Assembly (NCBI RefSeq): GCF_009914755.1
Contig: NC_060937.1
Strand: one strand, 5' to 3'
Length of the DNA: 64,000 nucleotides
Source: the human T2T-CHM13v2.0 reference genome, Homo sapiens
Of this stretch, positions 26,705 through 41,079 are shown piece by piece. The position numbers and the translations under genes are program-made. The notes below the pieces were generated by a model, which was given only the letters and a program-made list of their open reading frames with translations, had not been told where the DNA came from and did no database searches. Positions within the stretch are counted from its first letter, which is position 1. Every line of letters begins with the position of its first letter.

Positions 26705-29406
26705 TAGAAGAAATGGATAAATTCCTGGACACATACAACCTGTCAAGATTGAACCATGAAGAAATAGAAAATCTGAGCAGGTCAGTAATGACTGAGGACA
26801 TTGAATCAGTAATAAAAAGTCCTCCATCAAAGAAGAGCTCAGGACTGGACAGATTCCCAGCTGAATTCTACCAAACATTTAATAAAGAACTAATACCAAT
26901 TCTTCTCAAACTATTCCAAAAAATTGAAGAGGAAGGAATACTTCCAAAGTTATCTTACGAGGCTGGAATTACCCTGATTTCAAAATCAAACAATCACATA
27001 ACAACAAAGAAAAACTACAGGTTAGGATCTCCAGTGAACATAGATGTGAAAATTCTTAACGAGATGCTAGCAAACTGAATCCAACAGCATATTAAACAAA
27101 TCATTCACTGTGGTCAAGTGGAGTTTATTCCAGAGATGCATGGATGGTTTAACATTTGCAAACCAATAAATGTGATATGCACATTAACGGAAAGAATTAT
27201 TTTTTAAAATATCATTTCAATAGAGGCAGAAAAAGCATTTGATAAAAATTTACTATCATGATTAAAACGCTCAAGAAATTAGATTCACATGGTACTTACC
27301 TCAATGCAGTAACAGCCATATATGACAAACACACAGCTAACATCATACAGAGTGAGGAAAAATTGTAAGCTTTTCCTGTAAGGTCAGGAACTAGACAAAG
27401 ATGCCCGCTTTTACCATTTCTATTTAATGTAGTAAATGAAGACCTAGCCGGACCAATTAGGCAAGAGAAAGAAATAAAAGGCATTCAAATTTGAAAGGAG
27501 GAAGCTAAGTGCCCTGTTTGCAGATGACATGATCTTATATATAGAAAACCTTAAAGACTCCATTGAAAAACAGAACTAATAAACAAACTCAGTAAAGTCG
27601 CAGTATACAAAGTAAACATACAAAAATCAGTAGCATTTCTATATGCTCTTAGTGAACTATCTGAAAAAGAAATCAAGAAAACAGTTTCATTTACAATAGC
27701 TACAAAAAAGATACCTAGTAATAAATTTAGTCAAGGAGGTGAAAAATCTTTATACTGAGGCTATAAAACTTTGATGAAAGAAATGTAAAATAATACAAAT
27801 ACATGGAAAGATATCCTATATTTGTGGATTGTAAGAATTAATGTCATAAAATGGCCAAACTACTCAAAGCGATGTACAGATTAATGCAATTCCTATCAAA
27901 ATGCCAATGGCATTCTTCACAAAAATAGAAATAAACAATTCTAAAATTTATCTAGAACAAAAGACCCAAAACAACCAAAGCAATCCTGTGCAAAAAGAAC
28001 AAAGCTGGAAGCTTCATACTACCTCACTTCAAAATATACTACAAAGCTATAGTAAGTACAGAACAACATGGTGCTGGCATGAAAAACAGACACATAGACC
28101 AATGGAACAGAATATAGAACCCAGAAGTAAATTTACACACCTACAACCAACTGATTTTCAACAAATGTACCAAAAATACATGTTGGGGAAAAGACAATCT
28201 TTTCAATAAATGGTATTGGGAAAATTAGTTTATCTACGTGCAGAAGAATGAAACTAGATCCCTACCTCTCACTATATATAAAAATCAACTCAAAATGGAT
28301 TAAGGATCTTGGTGTAAAATCTGAAGCTAACAGAAGAAAACATAGGAGAAACACGTCAGAGCATTGGGCTGGGCAAGGACTTTTTAGATAAGACTTCAAA
28401 AGGATAGTCAACAAAAGGAAAAATAGGCATATAGGATTATATCAAACTAAAAAGCTTTTCCATAGCAACAGAAACTGTTAAGAGAGTGAAGAGACAACCT
28501 ACAGAATGGGAGAAAATATTTGCAAACTATAGATGCGAAAACGGGTTAATATCTAGAATATATAAGGGACATAATAGCAAAACAACAATAACAATATTAA
28601 TCAAAAATGGGCAAAAGGCCATTTTTCAAAATAAGACATACAAATGACAAACAGGTATATAAAAAATGTTCAACATTGCTAACCATCAGAGAAACACAAA
28701 CCAAAACCAAAATAAGATACCATCTCACTTCAGTTAGAATGGCTATTATAAAAAAAGACAAGTGTTGGTGAGAATGTGGAGAAAAGGGAACACTGACGTA
28801 CTGTTGGTGAGGTTGTAAGCTAGTACAGCCATTATGGAATACAGTATGGCGGTTCCTCAATTAACTAGAAATAGGATTCCCATATTATTCAGCAATCCCA
28901 CAGTTGAGTATTTACTGAAAATATTTGAAATCCATATGTTGAAGAGGTATCTGCATGCCCATGTTTATTGCAGCACTATTTACAATAGCTAAGATATGGA
29001 CTCAACCTAAGTATTCAACAATGGATGAATAGATGAAAAAATGTGGTATAAAAACCCAACAGAATACTATACAGTCATAAAACATAATGAAATCCTATCA
29101 TTTGAGACAACATGGGTGAACCTGGAGGACACCATGTTAAGTGAAATAAGCCAGACACAGAAAGACAAATACCACATGATGTCACTCATATGTGGAATCT
29201 ACAAAGGAAAAAAAGTTGATATCATTGAAGCAGAGAATAGAACTGTGGTTATCAGAGATTGGGAAAAGGAGAAAGGAGAGGTAGATGGAGAAAGGTTGAT
29301 TAATAGGTACATGTTACAATTACATAGAAGGAATAAATTCCAGTGTTCTATTGCACAGTAGTGTGACTATGGTTAACAATAAAATATTATATATTATAAA
29401 AAAGCT

Positions 29407-29627
29407 GACTGGACATGATGGCTCATGCCTGTAATCCCAGCACTTTGGGAGGTTGAGGCAGGTGGATCACCTGAGATCAGGAGTTTGAGACCAGCCTGGC
29501 CAACATAGTGAAACCCCGTCTTTACTAAAAATACAAAAATTAGTGGGGCAGAGGTTGCAGTGAGCCAAGATCGCACCACTACACTCTAGTCTGGGCAACA
29601 GAGCAAGCCTCCGTCTCAAAAAAAAAA
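29407..29627 (+). mobile_element. AluS with ~80-bp internal deletion in the right arm
   Basis: tactaaaaatacaaaaattag joins directly to ggggcagaggttgcagtgagcc. Confidence 0.88.
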
Positions 29628-32600
29628 TGCTAGAAGAAAGGCTTTTGAGTGTTCTCATCACAAAGAGATAATGCATGATGTGCTGGATATACTAACTACC
29701 CTTATTGTGTCATTATACAATACAGAAATATATCAAAACATCAAGTTGCACCTCATAAATATGGGAAATTACAGAGTGTCAATTAAAAAACAAATTTAAA
29801 AACAAAGAAGAAGGCAAATGAGCAAAGATCAGAGACTGCTGTAGTGGGTTTGTTAGCAATAGGAGTCCATTTGACTCAACCTGTTATGGCCAGAACCTCC
29901 AAAGGCCCTGGCTGCTATGCTGCTGTGCGCTTGCCTGGTCTTTTTGAAACTGTTGATACAATGCACTGCTCACCACAGGAAAAGCATTAAAGAGCTTTGT
30001 TCCACTGCACACACACAAGCTTGGCAAGCAGCCACTTGAATTTCTCCTGCTAGTCACATAAAAACATTTCACCACCATTACCAGAAAAGGCAAAGGCTCC
30101 AAACTTCTTTATGAGAAAAACTAACCATTTTGTATAATTTACACTGAAGAATGACCTTTCTCCCCACAAGAAAGTGAGCACAGGGAGCTGTGGCAGGACA
30201 TAGGGCTGGTTCACCCAGAAATGAGCCCTCAAATTCATGGAGTGTAAATTTACAGATATGTAGTCTGCTAGAGTGGTTTTAGGATATCAAGGTTGTGGTA
30301 CCGATTAGGATCATGCTGTTCACAATATTAAATTAACTTATGTCTTTATTTTTTAGGGCTTTGTAGATATCATATATTTTTATATAATCATAGCTATCAT
30401 GAACACCTTCCAAGATGTGCTAAATCTTTTACCTGAATTATTTAATACACATATGCACATACACAAATTATGAGCCAAGTTTTATTATGCCTGGGTTTTA
30501 TCATCTGTGAGTGGTTGGATAACTTGCCCAAGGTCAAACAGCCGGTAAGCATTTAGCCAGCCTGACTAAAGAGACTATGGCATTAACAACTACGCAGCAC
30601 ACTTCATATTATACTAGCAGTAAGTATATTTAATATACACAATGACCTTCTGATTCTACAATGTAATACTCAAAGTTATTACTAGTTATCCTAATAGGGA
30701 AGTTTACAAGATGAAACAAGCTATATATACTTTTATAGACATATAGCACCTGAATATTGATAATTGAAATGTCATAGATAATAGAATAACTTGTAAATGA
30801 ACTATTCTTGTTGATCTTTTATCAATTATAACTCCCCTTGGATCTTTAGCAAAGCTTATTAGTGCGGTCTCAATCTGGTACTTCAATTGGACAAGGAATA
30901 GCACTGCTTTTTCCACATCATCTAGCAAATGACCCGGTGAAAATGGTTGCCTTTCTGAAAGATTGCATTTTGGCTCTCTTGTCAAGTCCTCGTGGATAAA
31001 TATTGTCTTGAGTTTGTTTTGTCTTTTTCCCAGTAACACTATCTGCCTGATTCCCATCTCTTCCAAACAGAAAAGTGAATGCTGGCCATGCAATACTATC
31101 TTACAGACATCAAAGAATACATATTTCTGATTTATTACCACTAAAACCCTGGAAGCAGTTTACTAAACATTTATAGGAACCTCAAGATCTCAGTCACAGA
31201 AAATTCCATTTTAGTGTTAAAAATCACATAAATCTGAGAAGCAGCTTCTCAGATACTAGACTTCAGAATTTGTAAATTTAAAACTATTAAAATGAATTTT
31301 ATAATAAAAACCAATAAAATACACAAAAAGTTGATTAAATGGAAAAGATCTCTTACTAGATACTATTGTTGTGATCAAAAAGTCCTAATTATTTGCTGGC
31401 CAGAGAGGTCTGGCATATCTTTTTATTGAAATCATAAAACATACAGAAAATGCTGAAAAGCCAAACATGGCAACTTGGCTGAAAACAGAGCACTTCAAAG
31501 TCTTGGCCTGCATGCCTCAGTGATGTAAAGAGAGGCCAGCATCTGTGAAATGCTGCCATGGACTTGCAGGGCTATGATTATTTTAAGTCTAGAAAATGCA
31601 CTATGCACCTATGGTCTACTGTTGAAAACATGTACCTCCATTACTAAACAGACAGCAGCATCTCCACGTATGGTATTAGAATGAAATATTAAGAAAACAT
31701 TTTGTAATAGATGTACTATTTTCTGACATTGGTGGATATACCAGTGGTCACTGTAGAGATGTGAAACTTGCTAGTTTGCTTCTTTATAAAACCAGAAGTA
31801 GTTGTCTCATTAGGAGTCCTTATGGTGTCCCTATGTTCTCTGTGAACCTTCCTTCTCTTTGTAGATAAATGTTACCTTTCAGAGGGAACAGATAGGTGTT
31901 ATGTTTTCCTTGAGAAATAGGCCTTCATCCTGTCTGACTGGACATCAGATCTTCTTTTCCCTGATTTATTCCTGTGTTGTAAATCTTATACATTTTTTTT
32001 TTGTAATTGGCCTAAAATCTTCCTTAAATTATGTAGAGAACCTTACACTGACCTAGAAAGATACAAGATTGCCCAGTCAAATATAGTGCTATTGTTATTT
32101 GACAAACAGTAAAGTATGTGACAAATAATCACAATAATAATTTATATTGAAATTTTAAACATATAGCTAAAACTAAAAATGCCTTCTTTCTCTAGGCCAT
32201 TTGTAACCATTTGAAGCACTTAAAATGATGGATGAAGCTTTTCCTTCATACTACTGGAGAAATAAATCATCTTTTTTTCTCTTTTTTCTAAGAAACAGGT
32301 CTTTTTTCTGTCTCTCTGAAACAGGCGTTTGAAATAATTTGAATTCACACATTTATTCATTTAAAACACACACCTAACATCTCTCATGTTTCCAGATGCT
32401 GTGCGAGGGTAGAGGGCATAAGGATTTGTCCTGGCCTCACTTCACGTGCTTATAGGCCCCTGCTAAGTGGCGGGCAGTCTCCAGGACATTAAGGACACAG
32501 TGGTGAAAGACACTAGCCCAATCTATAGAGAACTTCGAGACGGAAATAGACAAACAGCTCCAACAAGGCAAAGGGTAAGTCCAGGCTCCCCATGCAGTGA

Positions 32601-33949
32601 CGGCTTTCAGAAGGTTCTCTCACTTGGCCTCAGGCTCCCGGAAGGCCAGTTCTCTTCCACACAAAGAATGGAGGAGTCTGAATCATTGAGTGGGCAGCCA
32701 GTAAACTGATGCTCAGAGTCACGTGTCTTTTTAGGCTGTGACAGTCTCTCCATTGTGAAGACAACTGCACTATTTGGGATGAGCCAAGTTACAGTACAAT
32801 TCAGCAGTTCCTGAGTTTAAACACATTCCTGTGAAAAGAAATAAAACAGCTGATAGATCTTTACTCGTGTGTACCTTTTTAAAAAGCAAGAATATAGGTA
32901 TTGTGAGAGGAAAAAAATAGCTTTCTTTTTACACCTTATAGAGCTGAAATATATCTCAGCTTCAATTTCCCTGAGGGTGTTTCACAAACAATGGGTTTCA
33001 CAGGCCCAGGAAGTATACTACAGAGCTGAAGCTCTGTGGTCAAAATGCCAACAAGGAGCCCATTCTTTCTTTCTTTTTTTTTTTTTTTTTTTTTTTTAAG
33101 AATCACACTTATTCAGAAGGGTAATTTTTGAGAGCACACTCCCTGCCAGAGAAGGCTTTAAAAAGCCAAAGCCACAGTCTTTCACAGTCTCAGTGCTGCA
33201 AGATGATCCTATAAATACAAGATAAAATTAGAAGTGGTCTAGGTGTTGCTTTATGCCTGTGGGTCTAGCGTGCACGGTCTGCATCTCATAAACTGGTGGA
33301 ATGCTGTCTGCGCTAAATAGGGGGTTGAAAACAGTACAGTTTTATAAGTCTTTCCAGGGGATCGCTATCCTCCCAACAAACCTAGCATGCATGTTTTCTG
33401 TGATGTTGGTCCTCAACATATATTTTGAAGTTTTTAAAATGACAGTATATCTAAATAGTAATATGTATTCGATCTAGTTCAGTATACTGAGAGGACAAAT
33501 CAACGCTTTGCAGTAGAAGATGTTAGGTTAGCTCCCTGAGGAAAATTTTATGACTCTGTTCAACACATCCCTTGACATCTCTGTGAAGAAGGAAACTTCA
33601 TCAAACCCTGTGATGTAATTATGGAAGACACAATGATTTTGTCATGTGTGAAAACTCTTTTTTTCTTCTTCTTTTTAAACAGTGCAAGAAAAGTGATGTA
33701 GGCACACATCTTACCAGACTTAATGTCTTAGATTCTGAAAAGCATCAAAACAAATCAGGAGAAAAACTCAATAGATTAGAACACTTAGTCCTTGCCCTAC
33801 CCTGTTTTATTCCCGCTTATCCCTAATCTTGGTGAATGGTTCTATGAGTACTGGATTCCTTCCTCTCAGTCCTCACCCCAACTCCTTGATTCTACCTCCT
33901 TCATATCTCTAAATATTATATCCTTATTATTTTTCCTCGTCTGAACTGC

Positions 33950-34390
33950 CATCACCTGATCCAAACGAACTTCCTATCTTGCCTGGATTCTTGCACTTGC
34001 CAACTAGCTAGGCCGCCTGCTTCCAGTTTGCTCATATCCCACCCCTTTCCACCAGACCATTCATCCTCCAGAACCCTAAATGCACATTTCATCATCATGT
34101 TCCCCCCTTTTTTAACACTGAGCACACCTCTCACCTGCTAATTTCTAGGACAAGGCTCCCACCACAAGGTCCTGCATGGCCTGGCCATGGCTCCCTGCTT
34201 TCCTTGTTCACCCCATCTCCTCATTCCAAGCAGCATACAATACCACAGCAAACTCTGCAGCCCCCAAACATATGAGGCTGTCTACTTATCTTTAGTTTCT
34301 ATTTCTGCTTCTACTTGAAGAAAAATTCTCCCTCTCTACCTCCTCATTCATCAGCTGGCTAACTCATATTAATGCCTCAAAATTCAGCTG
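33950..34390 (+). mobile_element. L2 fragment
   Basis: Pyrimidine-rich decayed L2 3' region (tcttgcctggatt..., caaggtcctgcatggcctggcc). Confidence 0.55.
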
Positions 34391-35107
34391 CCAATAATTA
34401 AAATAATAATAATAATAACTTATGGTGACTGAGCACTTTCCATGTGCAGGTAAAGTAGTAACTTTATGGTCATCTTATTCTTCCTTTAAGAGAAAACATT
34501 CACAATTAAGCAACAGATAAGAGATGAGAGAAGTACCAGGGGACAGCAGTAATATGGAAAGAAAAGGATGAAGATGCAAGAAAAAAGGTTGTGGCCCATA
34601 GTATTAAATTCTTCAACGATAAAGACAAAGATTTGCAATATGCAATTGGGTTTTGCAAAAAGAAGGGCATTGGCCAACTTGGAGAGAGTATTTCTTGAGT
34701 GTTTTGGAGAATGAGGCCGTGTTTCAATGAGCTTAAAATTAATGAGAGCTGAGAATATGAAAATAATGGATAGAGCATTTCAAGTGATTATTCAAGTGAA
34801 AGGAAGAAAGAAACTTTAAGATCAAATACCGGTGCTTGTGATAGGGGACAGAGTGGTAGTATTGTGGGAAAGATATGTTATGATGATTTTATGTAGAGAA
34901 GAAAGAGTGAGGAGAAAGAGACAGTTTTGTCACATAAAGTAGTAAAATTGGGTAGCACAATCTAAGCAATTAGAATTACATCATACAAGGAGAGGCATGA
35001 TATGCTTATGAAGCCATATTGCTCGGTGTCTAATTCTGGCTCTGTCTTATAAGGTATATGTTCTTGGGATAATTATCTAACCCTTCTCTGCCCCAATTTC
35101 CTCATAA

Positions 35108-35786
35108 CGTAACAGCCTGATGAGTTATTCTGGCTCGGTACACAAATAAAGACCGTGGCATTTTAGGAAAGAAAGAGTTTAATTGACACGAGGTCAGCCA
35201 CACCATGTAGGAGATAGAGTTATTACTCAAATCAGTCTCACCAAAGGCTCATAGGTTAGGGGTTTTCCAAAGGTATTTTGAGGGAAACAGTGGGAGTGGC
35301 TATGCAATGGGTGCTTGCTGCTGATTGGTTGGGTCAGAGATGAAATCATAGGGAATTGAAGCTGTCCTCTTGAGCTGAGTTGGTTCTGGGTGGGGCCACA
35401 GGAGCCACCAGTTAGCAGCTCTAGGTGGAGCCATGCTGTTAGATACACACAAAACCTGAAAGGATATCACAAAATGCCTATCTACAATAGAAAAGTGATG
35501 TTATTTGCAGGAGTAACTGGGGAAGTTACACCTTATCAGAATTCAGACTCCTCTCCTCCTGTAGGCTGGTGGTCTCTCATTAGCTTCATAAAGGCAATTG
35601 AGTTTTGGGGAAGGACGGTTTTCATTTAAACTATAAACTAAATCTCTTCCAAAGTTAACCAGCCTAAACCCAGGCAGCTTGAAAGCTAAAGAAAAGGTTG
35701 GGGGTGGAGGGGGGCGGTGGGCTAGATCAGATCTCCCTCACTGCCATAATTTTCTCACTGATATAATTTTTTCGAAGATGGTTTCA
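35108..35786 (-). mobile_element. LTR8-family (ERV1) solo LTR inserted into a MIR
   Basis: Minus strand begins TGAAACCATCTTCGAAAAAATTAT...cagtgagaaaattatggcagtg. 679 bp, 4-bp TSD ATAA (35104-07 / 35787-90). MIR halves lie on each side. Confidence 0.8.
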
Positions 35787-35934
35787 ATAATACTGTCTAC
35801 CTCATAGGGTTGTTATACAGAATAAATAAGTTAATATATGTAAAGCACTTAGAATACCAATATGTTTAGCTGTCATTATTATTACTGCCAAGACAACTGT
35901 GCAATGCTGTGTTTGTTTTCGGTTTTAACTTCTA

Positions 35935-36050
35935 GACTAAGAACTCTTCGAAAACAAGGGCTGTGTCTTTATCATATCCCCAGTATGGAGCACAGTGCCT
36001 GATCCATAATAGGTGTTCAAAAAACAGATAATAAATTGGTGGTTAAATGT
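35935..36050 (+). mobile_element. L2 3' end fragment
   Basis: agggctgtgtcttt...ccccagt...agcacagtgcctg...taggtgttcaa. Confidence 0.6.
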
Positions 36051-37879
36051 ATGCAGGCAGGAGGGTTGGCCAGGACTACCTTTCTTGATATTCTTCCTAT
36101 TACTTACTGTTTTTATAATATACAAAAAAATTAACCACAAAGAATAAAGCCTTATTTATTAAAAAAAAACCCACATGTAGTATATTCACAGAATATCAAA
36201 CATCTAAGAACAAAACATGTGCTTTGTAGCTTACTTGAGTTTTCCTAGGTACGTCTCTGAAAAGCAGTGGTTAGCCTTCCACCTAAAGCCTGCAGTGAGG
36301 CATTGTCATTGCCCTAGAAAGCTCTGGCTGCTGCAGTTTATATTCAGCTATTAGAATGAAAATGCTGAACAGCTCCTTAGTGACATTACATGTATCTGAA
36401 CACCAGTAGCCTTAAATTGGCATTTCCTTGTGTCAGCCATTTATTAAGCTGTCCAGTTCTATTACCCAGGCTCCTCTCTGAGCTACCTTTTACCCCCATC
36501 ACTCACAGGCTCTGCCATGAGCATCACTCATATCACCCTGACTCAGGGCTGTGCTCCTTTCACTCTAGAAAGTGGCCTTGCTTTATTTTTAAATTGTATT
36601 TTAAAAATATATTAGACAGGTTTTTATTCTCTATAAATGAAAATACACGTTCAAATGATTAAACAAGTTGTTCTCTTTAAAGCCAAAATGTTATCTGATA
36701 TAAGAAGTCATATAAAAATCATAATGCGTATGTTTACAGCTTCTTGGTTACTCTTTACACACAAACCATCTTAAAGACAAGAATGGTTTTCTAACTCCTA
36801 TTTTTCCTTGAGAGGAAGCACCTACTATCCTTCCAATAAAGACTGCAGGAAATAAGCATGAATCAATTGGATAAATGTTGAATGAGAGAAATAGCTGCCA
36901 ACTAGTATCATATCAACAGGAAAAACACAAACGTCCCAGAAGGGCAAGAAGAATAGCTTGGACCTGAAAGCTTAGAGATCTGACTTCACGTAGATCAAAT
37001 TGGATATTGCAGACCAGAAATACAAGAACCAAAGAAGTTGATTTCCCCAGTGTCGGGCATTTCGTAAGTGACTGAGAGGGGGAGTGGCACCCCTGGCTTG
37101 CAGAACAATGATTTTTTTTTCCACGTACAACAACGCAAGGAAGCAATGCAATAGCGTTGACTGCTAATATAGAGTAACACAAGGATAACCGAGGAAGAAG
37201 GATCTCACAATAAAGGAGCACATTCCTTCCAACTTGAAATGGAGTCGCTTTTGCTGTTTACTCTGGAGTCCCTTCCTGTGCTGCCTGCAGGCGTGTTCAG
37301 GTGTCAGTTGTCAAGCAGCCTGTGGTCAAGATTACTTATTGTTTGAGTGTCAATCACATGCTTTTATTCCTGAGACCTCACACAGATTGTGTTTGACACC
37401 ATATTAATCGTCATCTTTCTTCATTCAGCTGTTGGAATTCCCAAATAAATCACCCTCATGTCACAGTCTCTGTTGATTTCAAAATCTTACTTATAAAATT
37501 TACTTTAGTTAGCAGGAATAAAATGTACATATGTGACTTCTGATTGGTGATTTTTGAAGCAGTGACAATTTTAAAGGTATGGAGAGTTTAAGCATAAAGT
37601 GACATCTCATTTTATTTCCCTCTTCCTAGAATCTTTTAATTAAGAAATTTATCCTCACAACTTAGGAATACTGATCTGTATAACATATTCTAATTTTCTC
37701 TTACGTAGAATATCATGTTCCTCCCTTTTTCTTTAATCAGATTCTCATTACACATCTTTTAAAGAAAATATTCTAAAAATCTAAACATCTAAAATGTTTA
37801 CATGTCCAGACTCTTAACCATTTTCAGAAAAAGTACTATTTAATTTTTTTACAGTACAGATTTTGTATGTGAGTACCTT

Positions 37880-38080
37880 ATGTTTGAATCCTCCTTATAC
37901 CACATTCTAGTTGTGTGGCGTTGAGCAAGTTATTTAACCTCTCTGAGTCTTGACTTAATTTTATTTGTAAACAGCAGATAAAAATAATCACCTCTACAGC
38001 TGTTGTGAGCATTAAGACAATATAACAAGGTTTCTAGAGATCCTGGTGTCACTGGGGCAGGGGCAGTCAGTAAATGTAGC
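37880..38080 (+). mobile_element. MIR
   Basis: ttgagcaagttatttaacctctctgagtct core. Confidence 0.7.
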
Positions 38081-38924
38081 GATTATAATATTAATATTAC
38101 ATTAACTATGATGTTAAGTGGTGTGTTCTCACATACCTGATGAGATTTACATCCAAAATGATTACTTTTGAATAGAAACTTGGGAGGCAGTTGTCAGTCT
38201 TAGCTTATACCTCCACACTTGTTTTGATGACCTCCCATACACCAGACTGTATGTTTCTCATTGGAGTTTACAGACGAACAATAGGTGATTCCTGCCTTTG
38301 GGAAGCTTGAAGATGGATGTGTGGATAGATCACTGAAATAGGGCATAAAAATAATGGAAGAAGTGTGAGAAGGCAAGACTTTCTTGATAGCAGTAACTGT
38401 TAAGTAAGTTATATGTAAGAATGGAAAGACACAAACTTTGCAGGACCTCAGGACTGTGAGATGATGTTTTTGAAAGTGCAGTAACTACTCAGTTCCCTAG
38501 ACAGCATAATCATCCACAACACTGTGAAATGCTATAGACAGTTGGTAGAGTTGAACCTGTTAAAGAGTAAAAATGTTTTAGAGAACTTAACGAAGAGGAG
38601 AGACTTTCTACTCTCTAATATTTTTGCCTAATATTCTGAGATTATGTTTAAAGGAGACAAGTTATACATGTTAATCTTTGTTTAGTAATAATATCTTTTA
38701 TCACAAACTTATTACATGAGTACCAAGAAGGAGTCTTGTCATCTTCCTCACGGAAGCCACACCTCTCCCTTGAGGTCATTTAGTTTGATGCATCTTTCCA
38801 TACATCCAATAACATGCACACATTTTTGTTTCATTTTAATTAGAGTAAATTATTGGTAAAGTGGCACAATATTCCAAAGGCAGGCTGTCTTACTTCCTTT
38901 TCAATTATTGGTTATTGATCTTGA

Positions 38925-39095
38925 ATTTCTGGATCTCAGTTTTCTCATCTGTAAAATGAGGATGATAATAGTTTGTACCTCAAAGGTTGTTAGGAAGATT
39001 GAGTTAGTAGATAGATAAAGACAGAAATATATATAAAGTGCTTAGAACAGTTCAGGTACACTGAAAGTACTCAATAAATATTGGTTATTATTATT
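38925..39095 (+). mobile_element. MIR
   Basis: ctcagttttctcatctgtaaaatgaggatgataatag...aaagtgcttagaacag. Confidence 0.8.
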
Positions 39096-39152
39096 ACATG
39101 ATGATATATGTATTATCTTACGAAGTACTTATTTCACATAAGAATACATAAT

Positions 39153-39470
39153 GGCCAGGCACAGGGTCTCACCCTATAATCCCATTTCTTTATGAAGCCG
39201 AGGTAGGAGGATCACTTGAGGCCAGGAGTTTGAGACCAGCCTGGGCAATATAGAGAGACCCCAGCTATACAAAAATAAAAAGTAAAATTAGCCTGGTATG
39301 GTGTTGTGTACCTGTAATCCTACCTTCTTAGGAGGCTGAGGCAGGAGGATCACTTGAGCCCAAAGATTCCAGTTTATAGTGAGCTATGATCTTGCCACTA
39401 CACTGCAGACTGGGCAACAGAGAGAGAGAGACCATGTCTCTTAATAATAATAAATTAATTTAAAAAAAAT
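39153..39470 (+). mobile_element. AluJ element
   Basis: Diverged dimeric Alu. Confidence 0.88.
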
Positions 39471-39734
39471 TTTAAGAGACTATATTATGAAAAACTTTTC
39501 ATGTCAATGCATATAAACCCAGCTCATTTTTAATGGTTATATAGTATTCCACAGTCTGGCTATAACATATTTAACAATCCCCTATGGATGGGCATTTAGA
39601 TTGGTTTCAGATTTTTTTTCTAATCACATACGTGCTGTAGTACATATCCTTTTTCACACATGCAGGGTGTCATTTATTTGCCTAGTCTCTATCATTACAT
39701 TCAGTTTTAGATGTAACAAAATATATAATATGAC

Positions 39735-39930
39735 AAGAAATTATCTGAGCCAAGCACTGCTATAAGCATGTTATATATATTCTCTCATTCAGTCCTTATA
39801 ACAAATCCATGACACATATGCTGTCATAATCCCTAATTTTACAGGTGAAGAACTGAGACACACACATATTAGGTACCATGCCCAAAGCCATACTGCTAGA
39901 AAGTGATTCAGTAAGGGGTAGAACATAAGC
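39735..39930 (-). mobile_element. MIR
   Basis: aattttacaggtgaagaactgagacac core. Confidence 0.7.
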
Positions 39931-40451
39931 AGTCTTAACAAAGCAAAGTTATTTAATTGAGAAAAGGCATCCATATTGGCATTCACTGTGCTATAGCCTA
40001 TGATAGCTGGCTGTTGATAGTAAGAGTTTCTAACAGGTCTGTATCATATCCCGTAGTATGATGATATGGGCCTTCTCCAGAAATGAGGCCCTTTCAGCCT
40101 GTCATGGCAGAATAACCCTTTCCAAGATTCCTTTTAACATGATTTTGAAAGGAAATATATCAAACTTTTTCATTAACTATGGATAACTCAACTATTTATC
40201 ATTATTTCTCATTTTTTGTCTTATACAAAAAGACAAACATTAATAGGAAAAAATACAAACACTGTGATACATAAAATAGCATTTGGGGGCCTACTATGCT
40301 ATTTGTAGTATAGTACACCATGTAGTGTAGTATGGAAATGGAGACCTCAGTAAAATGTATTTATTATATCCTTTTTTTTTTTTTAGATTTCACAGTGTCT
40401 TGATTTTACCTATTAAGTGAGTATAGAGCCCATTCCTCTATGAATAATTTT

Positions 40452-40491
40452 TTTATTTGAATAAACAAATTAATTTGTTTATTCAAATAAA
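40452..40491. repeat. Perfect 40-bp palindrome, no spacer
   Basis: TTTATTTGAATAAACAAATT|AATTTGTTTATTCAAATAAA equals its own reverse complement. Confidence 0.97.
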
Positions 40492-41079
40492 CAATAGATA
40501 GCGTCTGGAAACTGAAAGACACAAACGGAATACACAGGTTTGGAGTGAAATTTATTTTACCCACATCACACAATTTGGCTACTTTCCATCAGTGATTTGC
40601 TCTCAAAAGTTGTTTCTCTGCAACTTTTGTCTTTAAAAATAGACATAATGTTGACTAAATACATTACTTTTACCAGTCTTCTCAAACAATTGTACTTATA
40701 ACCTTATGTTTAATTACATATATTATCTCTGCACAAATCTAGGGGATGCCCTCATCTATAGTCTTAGCCACAAAATATGGTTGGGAATTTTAATCTTCTC
40801 TAAAAGAAGACACATAGATGTGAATAAAGCGTGTTGATATATAGATTTTCTTAGCCAGATAATTTTAAAGAAATATATCATACAAGAGTACTGGGAAAGA
40901 TAACAAACGAAAGTGAGGAAAATGACTGTGTACCAGAAATCAGTTGGCAATGGCACAATGAATGACAACACAAATATCCTTCAAAATTAAAAAGCTGGCC
41001 AGTTGATCAAGCAGGATATCACCCAGTCATCCACTTTGATACTGTCCTTCACATGTGATTGATCACAAAGCATTGTCAC

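Larger units (their letters stand above)
26071..29805 (+). mobile_element. Sense-strand L1M ORF2 + 3'UTR segment (5' truncated or 5' inverted)
   Basis: MDKFLDTYNLSRLNHEEIENL..., tttgcagatgacatg (FADD), C-terminal ORF2 remnants, 3'UTR ending in an A-rich tail. Confidence 0.9.

Noticed and set aside
30704-31141. 145-aa minus-strand ORF in apparently non-repeat DNA
   Set aside because: Non-ATG start, no recognisable domain and no splice context. Compatible with a chance ORF.
32270-32330. Two tandem pyrimidine-tract + GAAACAGG acceptor-like motifs
   Set aside because: No matching donor or coding frame found; likely a small local duplication.
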